Assembly (NCBI GenBank): GCA_965219095.1
Contig: OZ244719.1
Span: 96,001-160,000, forward strand
Length of the DNA: 64,000 bases
Reading direction: 5' to 3'
Source of the DNA: Bdellovibrionales bacterium
GTDB lineage: Bacteria > Bdellovibrionota > Bdellovibrionia > Bdellovibrionales > UBA1609
The notes under the pieces were generated by a model that saw only the letters and a list, made by a program, of their open reading frames with translations, did no database searches and was not told the origin of the DNA. Made by a program: the position numbers and the translations under genes. The first letter of the stretch is position 1. Every line of letters starts with the position of its first letter. Of this stretch, positions 30,064 to 39,387 are shown piece after piece.

Positions 30064-30247
30064 GGAATCTTGAGTTCACCCTTAAAAATAACACTCATAA
30101 AAAAACTCTTGTCATTGTCATTAATTTTGATTTTGTTTATATTCTGAGTTCAGTGTTTCGGAGCGATGCAATAATTGTAAATATTTAATATAATTAGATT
30201 TTTTTATTTTCTTGTTTGACAAGACAATCAACAAATAGTGCAGTATA

Positions 30248-30284
30248 TAGTGCTTCCGTTTAGGTTTTCAGTTTCCTAAGATAG
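30248..30284. repeat. Solitary IS630 end (TAGTGCTTCCG type)
   Basis: 37 nt identical to 27336-27372, preceded by TA. Confidence 0.8.
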
Positions 30285-31024
30285 TCGAACGTGAAAAATG
30301 CACAAACAGCTAAAAACACTTGTTTTTTTGTAATTTTTGCATAAAAATAATTGCAAGGAAGTGGAAAAACAGATAAAAAACCTTGCAAAACAGAAAGGAA
30401 AAAAGATGAGGCCAAAAGACATGTTCAGCACACAAAAGAGAAGCCCTCTTAATTTTAGAGTAAACGACATTGTTCATAAGAAGCATCCGCTTGTCATTTT
30501 AGCTAATAAAATAGACTGGGATCGTTTTGATAAAGTTTTTGGTTCGAAGTATGATGAAAAAAAAAGGTCGTCCAGGTCTTTCAACTCGTTTAATGGTGGG
30601 ACTTCAGTGCTTGAAATACATTTATAATTTAAGTGACGAGAAGACAATAGAAATGTTCAAAGAGAGTCCTCAATGGCAGTATTTTTGTGGTCAGCCTTTT
30701 TATTCTTATGAAGATCCCTGTGATAGAAGTTCATTGACTAACTGGAGAAAGAGGATGGGGGCTGAGAAGATAGAAGTTCTCTTAGAGGAAACCATTGATT
30801 TAGCTTTGAGAGAGGGTTTTGTAAAAAAAAAGAGTTTGAGAATGTAGTTGTTGATACAACTGTTCAAGAGAAAGCAATAGCTTTTCCTACAGACAGCCGT
30901 CTTTATTACAAAGCTTTAAAGACTTTAGTTCACAGGGCTAAAAAAGAGGGTTTAGTTTTACGTCAAAGCTATAAAAGAAAGGCCAAGGAGTGTTTGTTTA
31001 AGAATGCTCGTTATGCTCATACAA
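30285..31024 (+). pseudogene. IS5-family (IS5 subgroup) transposase, frameshifted and 3'-truncated
   Basis: HPLV.LA..IDW, GRP..TRLMVGL..LK, QYFCG, SSLT.WRKR, VDTTVQEKAIAFPTD; frameshifts at poly-A runs; fused to the LSR remnant. Confidence 0.88.
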
Positions 31025-31305
31025 GAAAAATAAGGCCTTTCTTTTAGAGCTAGTCAAAAATAACAACATGCAGAATCAAGAGAGACTGAAGAATAACCAA
31101 AGTTTAATGAACTCCCATAGAGAACCCTAAAGAAAGTCAATAACGACACACAGGGGCTTACACAGGCCTTAGCAAGAGCTATCAGCAATAAGACAAGAGA
31201 TTTTTTGCTCGAGCAAATTAACTCTTTAAATGACAAATCTAGTGAAATTAAACAAGAAGTAGAAAGACTTAAAAAATGAAAGAACTCCCTTTAAAGAAAA
31301 CGTTA

Positions 31306-32728
31306 TACCATTTCCAAAAATTAATTCGACATTCTTTTAACGCATAGCGTCCTGGCTTTTTGATCAAACTCTGTTAAATTTTTAGAGTGTCGAAAAAAGA
31401 TTTAGTTACACAAATTCAAGGGTATGATTTTCTAGCTACTTACAAAGTAGAAAGAAGTGCCAACATCAAGATAAAACTCCAAGCTTTGCAGCATATGCAA
31501 GAAGGAAAATCGATTCAAGAAACAGCAAGTATAGTTTTCTATCACCGTCACAGTATCAAATCCTGGTTACAGTCTTTTGTAGACTTTGATTACGAGGGGT
31601 TGATAGATCGAGAAGGCAGAGGGCGCAAGCCTCGTTTACCAGTGACAGAAGAAGAGAACTTCAAAATCAAGTTAGATGAAATTCAAGACAAGAGAGAAGG
31701 AGGAAGCATAGGAGCAAAGGGAATACAGGAACTTTTAGCAAATGAATTTGACTGTTGCTATTCTCTTTCTGGGGTTTATGCTCTTTTAGACCGTCTTAAT
31801 ATTGTATGGATCAGTGGTCGTTCTCTTCATCCTAAAAGTTCACAAGAAGCTATGGAACAGTTTAAGGAACATTTTCCAGAAGAGGTGGAGAAAATAAAGG
31901 AAAAGATTCAGACTCATAAAATAGAGATTTGGTGGCAGGATGAATGCAGAATAGGCCAGCAAGGTTCTTTGAGTAGGATTTGGGCAAGAAAAGGCACACG
32001 GCCTAGAGTTGTGAGGCAAAGACAATTTTTATCCACTTATATTTTTGGAGCAGTTTGTCCGGATAGAGATAAAGGCTGTGCTTGGATCTTACCGGAATGT
32101 AATTCAGGGATGATGCAAATTCACTTAGATGAGATATCTAAAAATATTCAAGAAAACTATCATGGAATTGTTTTAATGGACAGAGCCAGTTGGCATACCA
32201 CAGAGACTTTGATAGTTCCTAAGAATTTATCCCTGATGCCTTTACCTCCTTATAGTCCAGAATTAAATCCCATGGAACAAGTCTGGCAACAATTACGAAG
32301 GATCAAATTATCGAATGCATGTTTTAAAAACTATGACCATATACTGAATACTTGTTGTGAGGCCTGGAATACTTTTTGCGATCAGGAGGGCAGGATTAAA
32401 AAATTATGCACTCGATCTTGGGCAAAACAACAAGATGAATCAAGCTTGTAAATTAATTTGAACCTATAAATTAATTTGAACCTATAAATTAAATTGCGTA
32501 ACTGATTTTTTTCATTTTACATCTTAACCTCACTTTTTTACACTTATTTTAACCCATCAATCGATTCACACAACAATAGATATACATAAAATAAACATAT
32601 CTTATGAAAACTCAACCTCCCTTCAAAAAAAACTTTTTTAAAGCCTCCTAATTGAAACTTTTCCTTAAGTCAATTTTAAAATTTTAAATTTGAACATAAA
32701 AATGTCGAATTAATTTCTGTAATTGGTA
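31306..32728 (+). mobile_element. IS630-family element (TACCA-ended type), intact copy
   Basis: IRs taccatttccaaaaattaattcgacatt / aatgtcgaattaatttctgtaattggta; TTA duplicated relative to the empty site cgttatctcagc near 56377. Confidence 0.95.
31387..32451 (+). CDS. IS630-family transposase
   Basis: HTH region, WWQDE.R.G, MDRASWH, LPPYSPELNPMEQVW. Confidence 0.95.
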   Translation: MSKKDLVTQIQGYDFLATYKVERSANIKIKLQALQHMQEGKSIQETASIVFYHRHSIKSWLQSFVDFDYEGLIDREGRGRKPRLPVTEEENFKIKLDEIQDKREGGSIGAKGIQELLANEFDCCYSLSGVYALLDRLNIVWISGRSLHPKSSQEAMEQFKEHFPEEVEKIKEKIQTHKIEIWWQDECRIGQQGSLSRIWARKGTRPRVVRQRQFLSTYIFGAVCPDRDKGCAWILPECNSGMMQIHLDEISKNIQENYHGIVLMDRASWHTTETLIVPKNLSLMPLPPYSPELNPMEQVWQQLRRIKLSNACFKNYDHILNTCCEAWNTFCDQEGRIKKLCTRSWAKQQDESSL

Positions 32729-32962
32729 TTATCTCAGCTGAAAATGTTTTTTCAGCCTTACAAATAGTCAATAAAAAATTACCTAAAATAACGCAGTGCT
32801 AAAGAAAAGAACTCCTCTCAAACATTATAAAAAAGGTCACAGTCTATAAAGATAAAATAGCTGTTCAGTACTTTGGATGTACCGAATCTTCCATTAAGTA
32901 ATAACGAAAACCAAGCTCATAATGACATGATCATAAGTTCGTATAATGTTCGTATTGGTTGC

Positions 32963-33439
32963 AAAAGCAAACACTTAAACAAAAATTCTCATTTTATTGA
33001 CTTTATTAGTTTTTTTTCTATACCCTCTAAAATAGATAATGAACTTTTTTGCAGTTTGTACAAAAAGCACCAACTCTCAGCAAGGCAAATAGCAGAGAAA
33101 ATAGGGGTCTGCAAGGCAACTGTTTTAAAGAGATTAAAAGAGAGCAATGTTTCATGTAGAAAAAAAGGGGCATCAAGCAACCTCCAAAATTATCTTTGTT
33201 CTAACCCTCCTTTTGGGTTCAAAGTTGTTGATGGAAGGCTTACTAAAAACCCATTAGAGGTTCGTATTTGTCGAAAAATTGTAGATATGAAAAACAAAGG
33301 ATATTCTTTTATTGCCATAGGTCAAACTCTTGAAAAAGAGGGCTTTAAAAACCGCAGAGGTTCTATTTCTTGGCATAACACTTTTGTTGGAAAAGTTTAC
33401 AATAGATGGTATAAAAAAGTACAACCGAAAGGAGTTTAA
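32963..33439 (+). CDS. Start-less 158-aa HTH plus recombinase-domain-like module, in frame with the LSR C-terminus across att
   Basis: LSARQIAEKIGVCKATVLKRL (HTH); PPFGF..E..I..G.S...I...L...G...R.G..W (recombinase-domain-like); the frame continues from YNVRIGC. Confidence 0.75.
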   Translation, partial: KSKHLNKNSHFIDFISFFSIPSKIDNELFCSLYKKHQLSARQIAEKIGVCKATVLKRLKESNVSCRKKGASSNLQNYLCSNPPFGFKVVDGRLTKNPLEVRICRKIVDMKNKGYSFIAIGQTLEKEGFKNRRGSISWHNTFVGKVYNRWYKKVQPKGV

Positions 33440-33441
33440 AT

Positions 33442-33648
33442 ATGTTTTCAATTTTCAATATAGCTAAAGCCTTAGTAGCTATTTTGGCAGTTTTCATTAT
33501 AGCAACTAAACCTGAAATTCCTTATAAGTTGATTATAATGTTGCATGCTAAAACTGTAGAGCTTTCAAAGTTTGACTGGGGATGTCCATCTCCATTTAAT
33601 AAAAATGCTTGTAAAGAGTATGATCCTGATTTTTATAAAAGGTACTAA
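33442..33648 (+). CDS. Small hypothetical membrane protein
   Basis: SD aaggag, N-terminal hydrophobic helix, two Cys. Confidence 0.55.
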   Translation: MFSIFNIAKALVAILAVFIIATKPEIPYKLIIMLHAKTVELSKFDWGCPSPFNKNACKEYDPDFYKRY

Positions 33649-33680
33649 AGATATCATCAAAACCTGCAGAGCTTTAAAAT

Positions 33681-34506
33681 ATGGCGAATTTAGATAAATT
33701 AGATAAAAAAGAAGTTATAAAAAAAATTGTTAAAGACTCTGTAGCTTCTTTTGCTTCAAGGTTTCAAGCAAGACATGAAGGGGAGTTTGAAAACCCTAAT
33801 GGCACTATAAATATGAAAATTCATAATGTTTTCATTAGTACTCTTGACCCTAATCTTCAATACTACTCTGCTTTAGTTCGCTCTTTTGATAGTTCAATTG
33901 GTAATATGCTTGAAGATTTAGCAATTAAGATTGCAAAGCTTTCATATACAGTGAAAAGAGAAGTTAAAGGGTCTCTTTCATTAAAGCAAACTTCACAAAT
34001 CGCAGAATTATTAGAAAAGTACAAGAGCCGGGAGATAAGTCCACCAAAGATTTGCCATTACCAATTTTTGCGTACTAAGCAGCCTATGGATAATAACTCA
34101 AGTACTAAACGGCATAAAAGTGATTATTATCTTAATAGATAAAAAAACCGATGATCATTTCTTAATAGAATTAAAAATTGGTGGTGATTTAGACAACAAG
34201 AAATCAAGAGCTGAAAAAGAAGCCGTTTTAGAACAATTTGCTATTCTTTCAAATTCTTTACCAAAAGAAAAGGCCATTAAAATATTTTTTGCAACAGCCT
34301 ATAATAGGTATGGAGAAAATAAAAACTGGACTCAAGAAAGAGTAAGGCAATTCTTCGCAGAAGAAGAATTGCTAATAGGAAAAGAATTTTGGAATTTCAT
34401 ATGCAAATCTGAAGATGGTTATTCTCTTATTTTAGAAACTTATAAAGAAAATGCTAGTCTAATTAAAAGTGCTTTGGAGTCTATTAAAGAAACTTATTTA
34501 GGATAA
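33681..34506 (+). pseudogene. Type II restriction endonuclease (TdeIII-family-like), frameshifted near 34130
   Basis: RSFDSSIG.MLE, D..IELK (PD-(D/E)xK), FATAYN.YG, LIG.EFWNFI; split into two ORFs. Confidence 0.72.
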
Positions 34507-34508
34507 TT

Positions 34509-35630
34509 ATGCAAACACTTATAAAATGGCCGGGCGGTAAAACAACAGAGTTTTCATATATAAAGGATAAAATACCTCCATTTGAGCGCTATATTGAACC
34601 TTTTTTTGGTGGTGGAGCTGTTTTTTTTAAACTTCAACCAAAAAGAGCTATAGTAAATGATACATGCACAGAATTAACAAGCTTTTACTCTTTATTAAAA
34701 GAAGATAAGCATAGAAGTAAGTTTAAAAAAGAGCTTTACGAATATGTAACGAACTGGAATAAAATTCCTAACTATGTAAAACTTTTTGAAAAAGAAACTG
34801 AAAGGTTATATCAAAAATACAAACATAATAAACTTTCTAACTTAGAACTATCCAAGCAGGTTAATTTAATTTTAGGAAAAGAAGAAGAGCGTTTTAATGG
34901 ACTATTTATTAAGGAGTTTTGCTTAGATGAAAGAAATTTATTCAATCAGGTTTCCTCTAATTTAACCTCAAAAATTATAAGAACAAAAGAAGTAGAAAAA
35001 AAACGAGGTAAACTTCCTGATGGGGATCTTCGTAAAAACATAGAGACTGCCTTTAGAAGTGGTTTTTATATGCATTTTCGCGATATAATGAACTTTTCTG
35101 ACCAGAAATATAAAGTAAATATGTATAAAAAAATTGCTAATTATTACTTTATTAGAGAATTTTGTTATGGTGCCATGTTTAGATTCAATAAAAATGGGCA
35201 TTTTAATATCCCCTATGGAGGAATAGCTTATAACACTAAAGATTTTAGCAACAAAGTAGATTATGTTTTTAGTAAAAGCGTGAAAGAAATCTTTAAAAAT
35301 ACATCTATTAAAAATTATGATTTTGAAAAAATCTTTGATAATTATAAGCTCATAAAAAAAGACTTTATTTTTTTAGATCCTCCTTACGATACAGATTTCA
35401 GTAGTTATGAGAAAAGATCTTTTGATCGTAAGGATCAAGAAAGACTAGCAAAATGTCTTTACACTACAAAAGCTAAATTTCTTCTTATAATCAAAAAAAC
35501 TCCCTTTATTTACAACTTATACAATAAGAAAAGAGGTTTAAAAATAGATAAATTTGACAAAACTTATCTGTATAATGTGAAGGGCAGAAATGATAGAGAT
35601 GTAAAGCATCTAGTTATTTATAATTACTAA
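34509..35630 (+). CDS. DNA adenine methyltransferase (Dam/D12 class)
   Basis: KWPGGK, YIEPFFGGGAV, RFN..G.FN.PYG, FLDPPY. Confidence 0.92.
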   Translation: MQTLIKWPGGKTTEFSYIKDKIPPFERYIEPFFGGGAVFFKLQPKRAIVNDTCTELTSFYSLLKEDKHRSKFKKELYEYVTNWNKIPNYVKLFEKETERLYQKYKHNKLSNLELSKQVNLILGKEEERFNGLFIKEFCLDERNLFNQVSSNLTSKIIRTKEVEKKRGKLPDGDLRKNIETAFRSGFYMHFRDIMNFSDQKYKVNMYKKIANYYFIREFCYGAMFRFNKNGHFNIPYGGIAYNTKDFSNKVDYVFSKSVKEIFKNTSIKNYDFEKIFDNYKLIKKDFIFLDPPYDTDFSSYEKRSFDRKDQERLAKCLYTTKAKFLLIIKKTPFIYNLYNKKRGLKIDKFDKTYLYNVKGRNDRDVKHLVIYNY

Positions 35631-35636
35631 AAATTT

Positions 35637-35727
35637 ATGGAAAAATTTATAAATAAAATTTGACATGGTAATTGTATTTTAGAAATGGGTAAAATATCAA
35701 AAGATTCTGTGGATTTAATTTTTGCAC
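35637..35727 (+). pseudogene. N-terminal stub of a beta-class N4/N6 DNA methyltransferase
   Basis: Hand translation MEKFINKI*HGNCILEMGKISKDSVDLIFA, ending just before the expected DPPY. Confidence 0.7.
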
Positions 35728-36143
35728 CTAACTTGATACAACGCATGTTATAAAAACTTTTTTTTGAGTTTCATTTAGTCATAGTTTTTATTTGAGGACG
35801 AACAAGGGGGTTTTTGTCGATTTCTGTGACCCCAACCCCTTTATACCAATTCCTATAAATCGACCAAAAGTAATCTGCTAAATTGCTGGAATCAGTAAAA
35901 AATAGATAAATATAAATAACTTATCCATTTCTGAAGCACCTAGATTTTCCTGAAACTTCTCGGTAGTACCCACATTTTAATTATTGATCACCTACAGATC
36001 ACAGATAAAATTAAAAAAATAGTTTTGTGAAATAAGTTCAAAAAAAGGACTGGCTCATCAATAAAAACTCTGTAAAAATCACTTTAAATGTTACAATAAG
36101 TTAGAGGGAGATATCGTATTTTTTCTTCAAACCAGAAAACAAT

Positions 36144-36905
36144 CTATTTTATTTCATAAGGAACTGGATGTGTTGTTTTGCTTTTTTCGAAAGAGAGATA
36201 CTTATTATTTTTTGACTTTCCACTTTTGTTGTCATAGCAATTATCTTGAGTAAGAAATAAAACGACATTAAACTGATCGGTTTTTTTTATTTTGCTACTT
36301 GGATATAGAATCCCTTTAAAACTTTTTGTTTTTATGTATTCAGCTAAAATTTGTGTGGGGACATAGTCAGTATGTTCGCATCCATCTTTTTCTATTGGTT
36401 TAGAAATTGATTCTGATAGCTCTGCAAGAAAAATAAGTTCATTTCTTCTCTCTTTAGTGTTTTTATCAGGATCAAAAAAGCTAGGTAATTCCCTATTTCT
36501 ACACTTTATTAAGTCAATAACCTTTACCCCCTTTATTAATTGAAATTTTCCAACATATGCGATTCCTTCTTTTCCTGTTTGAGAGATTTCAGCTAAGGCT
36601 AATTTCTCATCAGAAGAAGCATAAAAAACAGGATATCCAGGCGGACTCATTCTACTAGATATGTTTTTAATGTCTTGAGGTTTTGGCGGCCCCATTCTCC
36701 TAAGATCATTCAAGATACGATTCCCTTCAGTAAAGGCTCTGGCTCTATAGAAAGTACGGTTATTATCCATAGGACGTTTTAAATTATGACGTTGAATAAT
36801 CTTCATAATATCTTCTAAAACTTTTTTATTTTTTTGTCCGTTAGAAGATATAAATTTCTTTAACCCAGGTTCATGCTCTAGACATTTTTCACATACAATT
36901 TTCAT
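36144..36905 (-). CDS. RES-domain protein
   Basis: FYRAR, RMSP.G..VFY.S, ALAE, Y.PTQ.LAEYI, GILYPSS. Confidence 0.85.
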   Translation of the reverse strand: MKIVCEKCLEHEPGLKKFISSNGQKNKKVLEDIMKIIQRHNLKRPMDNNRTFYRARAFTEGNRILNDLRRMGPPKPQDIKNISSRMSPPGYPVFYASSDEKLALAEISQTGKEGIAYVGKFQLIKGVKVIDLIKCRNRELPSFFDPDKNTKERRNELIFLAELSESISKPIEKDGCEHTDYVPTQILAEYIKTKSFKGILYPSSKIKKTDQFNVVLFLTQDNCYDNKSGKSKNNKYLSFEKSKTTHPVPYEIK

Positions 36906-36953
36906 TTACTTTGTTTTTTATACTGAGTTTTATTTAACTCTTGTTTATTTAGC

Positions 36954-37184
36954 TTAATTTTCAGTATCATGCGGTGGATTAGGATCGTTCCCATAAGAAT
37001 CTTTTGATCTGATCCTTCCGTCTTTTTCATGTATAACAACTTCTGTTTTACCTCTTTTTGCTCTTACAACGGCACTTTTTGTAGCAGTTTTTTGAGTTTT
37101 GTGTATAGAAAGTACGCTACCTGATTTTTTCACAGACCAACTATTTCCTATTTTTACAACATGATAGCCTTTTTTGCCCACCAT
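36954..37184 (-). CDS. DUF2188-like small protein
   Basis: HVV....W.VK, TQK.A..A, EVVIH..DGRIR..DSYGNDP.PP. Confidence 0.85.
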   Translation of the reverse strand: MVGKKGYHVVKIGNSWSVKKSGSVLSIHKTQKTATKSAVVRAKRGKTEVVIHEKDGRIRSKDSYGNDPNPPHDTEN

Positions 37185-37472
37185 ACTCCTCCTAATAAGT
37201 TGTCACACAAAGCCCCATATTTTGAGAATAAGCCATACTTACCTATTTATCAAGGTATTGCAATAAAATGATTCAAGAAGAAACAGGACTCCTTATACTG
37301 CAAAAATTAATTCGATATTCTATGCTACCGTTTACTACAAAATATAGTTTTTGTTTTTGGCGTGATAGAGCAGTTTAGAGCGGTCTGTCGAGGTCTCATG
37401 CAGTCAGGGTATGTTGTTGCTATTAAATTTTTTACTGATTCCAAAAACTTAGAAAATGGACTCGTCTGCCCC

Positions 37473-37808
37473 TTAACCCCCACCAGCTCCATCTCCACCT
37501 CTCGTAGGAGAATCAAAGCTTAATAAAAAGTCCTCTCTGAGTTTTTCATTTTGTAAATTAAAAATCAAGTTTTCAATGTCTGGGTCAGATACAAAAACAA
37601 AGTCTCCATTAGCTAGTTCTACTTGATAGATGAGGTTTTCTGTAAGCTCAAAAATATCTATAGGTTTTATAGATACTATATTTCTGTAGTCAAAAATATA
37701 GACATCTTCTTTATGAATCTGTTTAGAGTCGTTAATATCGTTTATGAAAGCCTTTGATTCAAAAGAAAAAAAGCTTGCTATTAAGACAAGATAGATTGAT
37801 TTTTTCAT
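37473..37808 (-). CDS. Small secreted protein ending in RGGDGAGGG
   Basis: Signal peptide MKKSIYLVLIASFFSFESKA; ATGA overlap with the upstream regulator. Confidence 0.7.
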   Translation of the reverse strand: MKKSIYLVLIASFFSFESKAFINDINDSKQIHKEDVYIFDYRNIVSIKPIDIFELTENLIYQVELANGDFVFVSDPDIENLIFNLQNEKLREDFLLSFDSPTRGGDGAGGG

Positions 37809-38593
37809 ACTGTATTTCCTCCTTTTTTAATTGACTGAAAAAGATCACAAAAACTCACTGAAAAAGCATGAAACTTTCCTTGGTAGGAGGGATTGTTCAT
37901 AATACCTTGTATTTTTTGATGAAGCTGTTTATGAGCTTCCTGCAAAGCTTTTACACCTTCCTTATTTAAGCCTTCAGTTAAAGCATGAGCATAGTTTAAG
38001 CCTTCTCCTACATGGGAAGGCTTATAATAGTCAGAGTATGTTTTAAGGTGATATTTTAAGCTATCAAAAGACCTTAAAAGTTTGATTTTTTCTATAGCAT
38101 GATATTCACTGCAAACTTTTTTAATCAAACCTCTTTTCATTAAAATAGAGGCCACTTCTTTTGTTTTTGAACCTAAAATTGATTCAAGTGCTACTTCATC
38201 AATACCATTTTGGCTAAGTGATAAAATATAAGCTACAAAAACATCTCTATCCTCGAGCATGATCTCAAGTTCTCTATTAACAAAACATTTTTCCTTTTCT
38301 TTCAAACTTACTTCCATATAAGGTTTTAAAGCCTCGAAGAAGTCTCTAGATAAAGACGATAAACCTTGCTCTAAAAGATCAGTATTATCTGATGAAGTAA
38401 CAATTTTCGTAAAATTTATAACGTCTGGTTTTTGATGATTAGAGTTGTACATACGGTTAAGGGTTGCTCTTGGAACGTTTGTTTTGGATGCAAGCTGTAC
38501 TTCACTTAAGTTAGGATTTTTTGTTTTTAAATCCTTAAGTGATTTTTGCAAAATACCTTGCCAGTCCATTTTCACACTCGTAGATTTCAACAC
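37805..38593 (-). CDS. XRE-like HTH regulator with probable DUF4423/TIGR02147-like C-terminal domain
   Basis: NPNLSEVQLASKTNVPRATLNR HTH; winged region L.KRGLI; divergent from the transfer operon. Confidence 0.65.
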   Translation of the reverse strand: MLKSTSVKMDWQGILQKSLKDLKTKNPNLSEVQLASKTNVPRATLNRMYNSNHQKPDVINFTKIVTSSDNTDLLEQGLSSLSRDFFEALKPYMEVSLKEKEKCFVNRELEIMLEDRDVFVAYILSLSQNGIDEVALESILGSKTKEVASILMKRGLIKKVCSEYHAIEKIKLLRSFDSLKYHLKTYSDYYKPSHVGEGLNYAHALTEGLNKEGVKALQEAHKQLHQKIQGIMNNPSYQGKFHAFSVSFCDLFQSIKKGGNTV

Positions 38594-38675
38594 AAGATAA
38601 GGTGTATAATATCTATTTATCTTTGTAAACCCCTAAAACCTCATTTTGTAAAATTTTTATACTTTTTCAAGAAAA

Positions 38676-38720
38676 CTACTCACGATGAGCAGTTTTCTAT
38701 GAACTGCTCATTGTGAGTAG
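38676..38720. promoter_or_regulatory. 19-bp inverted repeat in the divergent control region
   Basis: ctactcacgatgagcagtt-7 nt-aactgctcattgtgagtag (one G.T mismatch). Confidence 0.6.
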
Positions 38721-38858
38721 CCTACCATAAACAGAATCTATGTCTTTGTTGATTTAAAACGATTTGACTTTTTTCCTGCTTCCCATGGGAAGAAATTTTT
38801 TTCTAGAGTCTTTAAAAGAGAAAATTTTTATGAAAAATACTAACAAAGGAGGTATTAT

Positions 38859-39371
38859 ATGAAAAGCAAAACATCAGAAATCAAAAGAATAAAAAAAGAA
38901 TCCCAAACTTGGACAAAAGAAAAATGGGAAGATTACCTTTCAAGTCTTGAGGTAGAACGCACAGAGAGCCTTATAGACCCTTTCAAGCTTGAAGAGTTTA
39001 AAGAAGAAGACTCTCTTTTTCATTTTGAAAAAGATGAGGGAGACCATCTAGAAGACGTCGTTTCTCTTAAAAGAGCCTTAAAATCTCTTACTTTCAAGCA
39101 AAAGAGTGTGATTCAAATGGTCTTCTATGAAGGCTTGACAGAACGGGAGATTTCTAAAAAATTAAACATTTCCAGTTCTGCAGTGAATAAGAGAAAAAGG
39201 AAAGCAATTCAATCACTTAGAAGGAATTTAACCCCCATGGGGGTTAGCGCCTCCCCTATAGTGAGGGGGAAATTTTCCATGTCCGATCAAGATCAGCTCT
39301 ATTTGTTCGAAGAAATAAGGAAAAAGAACACCCATGCCAAACCCCTTAAAGTTAAAAAAACCGCTTCATAA
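38859..39371 (+). CDS. Sigma70 region-4 (ECF-like) HTH protein, probable transfer-operon activator
   Basis: LKSLTFKQKSVI.M.FYEGLTEREIS..LNIS.SAV..RKRKA; SD aggagg. Confidence 0.78.
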   Translation: MKSKTSEIKRIKKESQTWTKEKWEDYLSSLEVERTESLIDPFKLEEFKEEDSLFHFEKDEGDHLEDVVSLKRALKSLTFKQKSVIQMVFYEGLTEREISKKLNISSSAVNKRKRKAIQSLRRNLTPMGVSASPIVRGKFSMSDQDQLYLFEEIRKKNTHAKPLKVKKTAS

Positions 39372-39387
39372 AAGAAAGGGAGGCTAT

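Larger units (their letters stand above)
31025..32962 (+). pseudogene. 3' remnant of a second copy of the ICE serine recombinase gene, interrupted by IS630
   Basis: 31025-31305 plus 32732-32962 align closely with 56101-56611, with indels and a caa>taa stop. Confidence 0.92.

Noticed and set aside
32449..32484. 18-bp tandem duplication in the IS630 tail
   Set aside because: Present in only one copy; simple slippage.
31025..32955. 500-bp direct repeat as the att core itself
   Set aside because: Too long for an LSR core and made of decayed integrase sequence; a tandem relic fits better.
32873..32962. TTG start of the 188-aa ORF as a genuine start
   Set aside because: It lies in the decayed LSR relic with no SD; it only reveals the shared frame.
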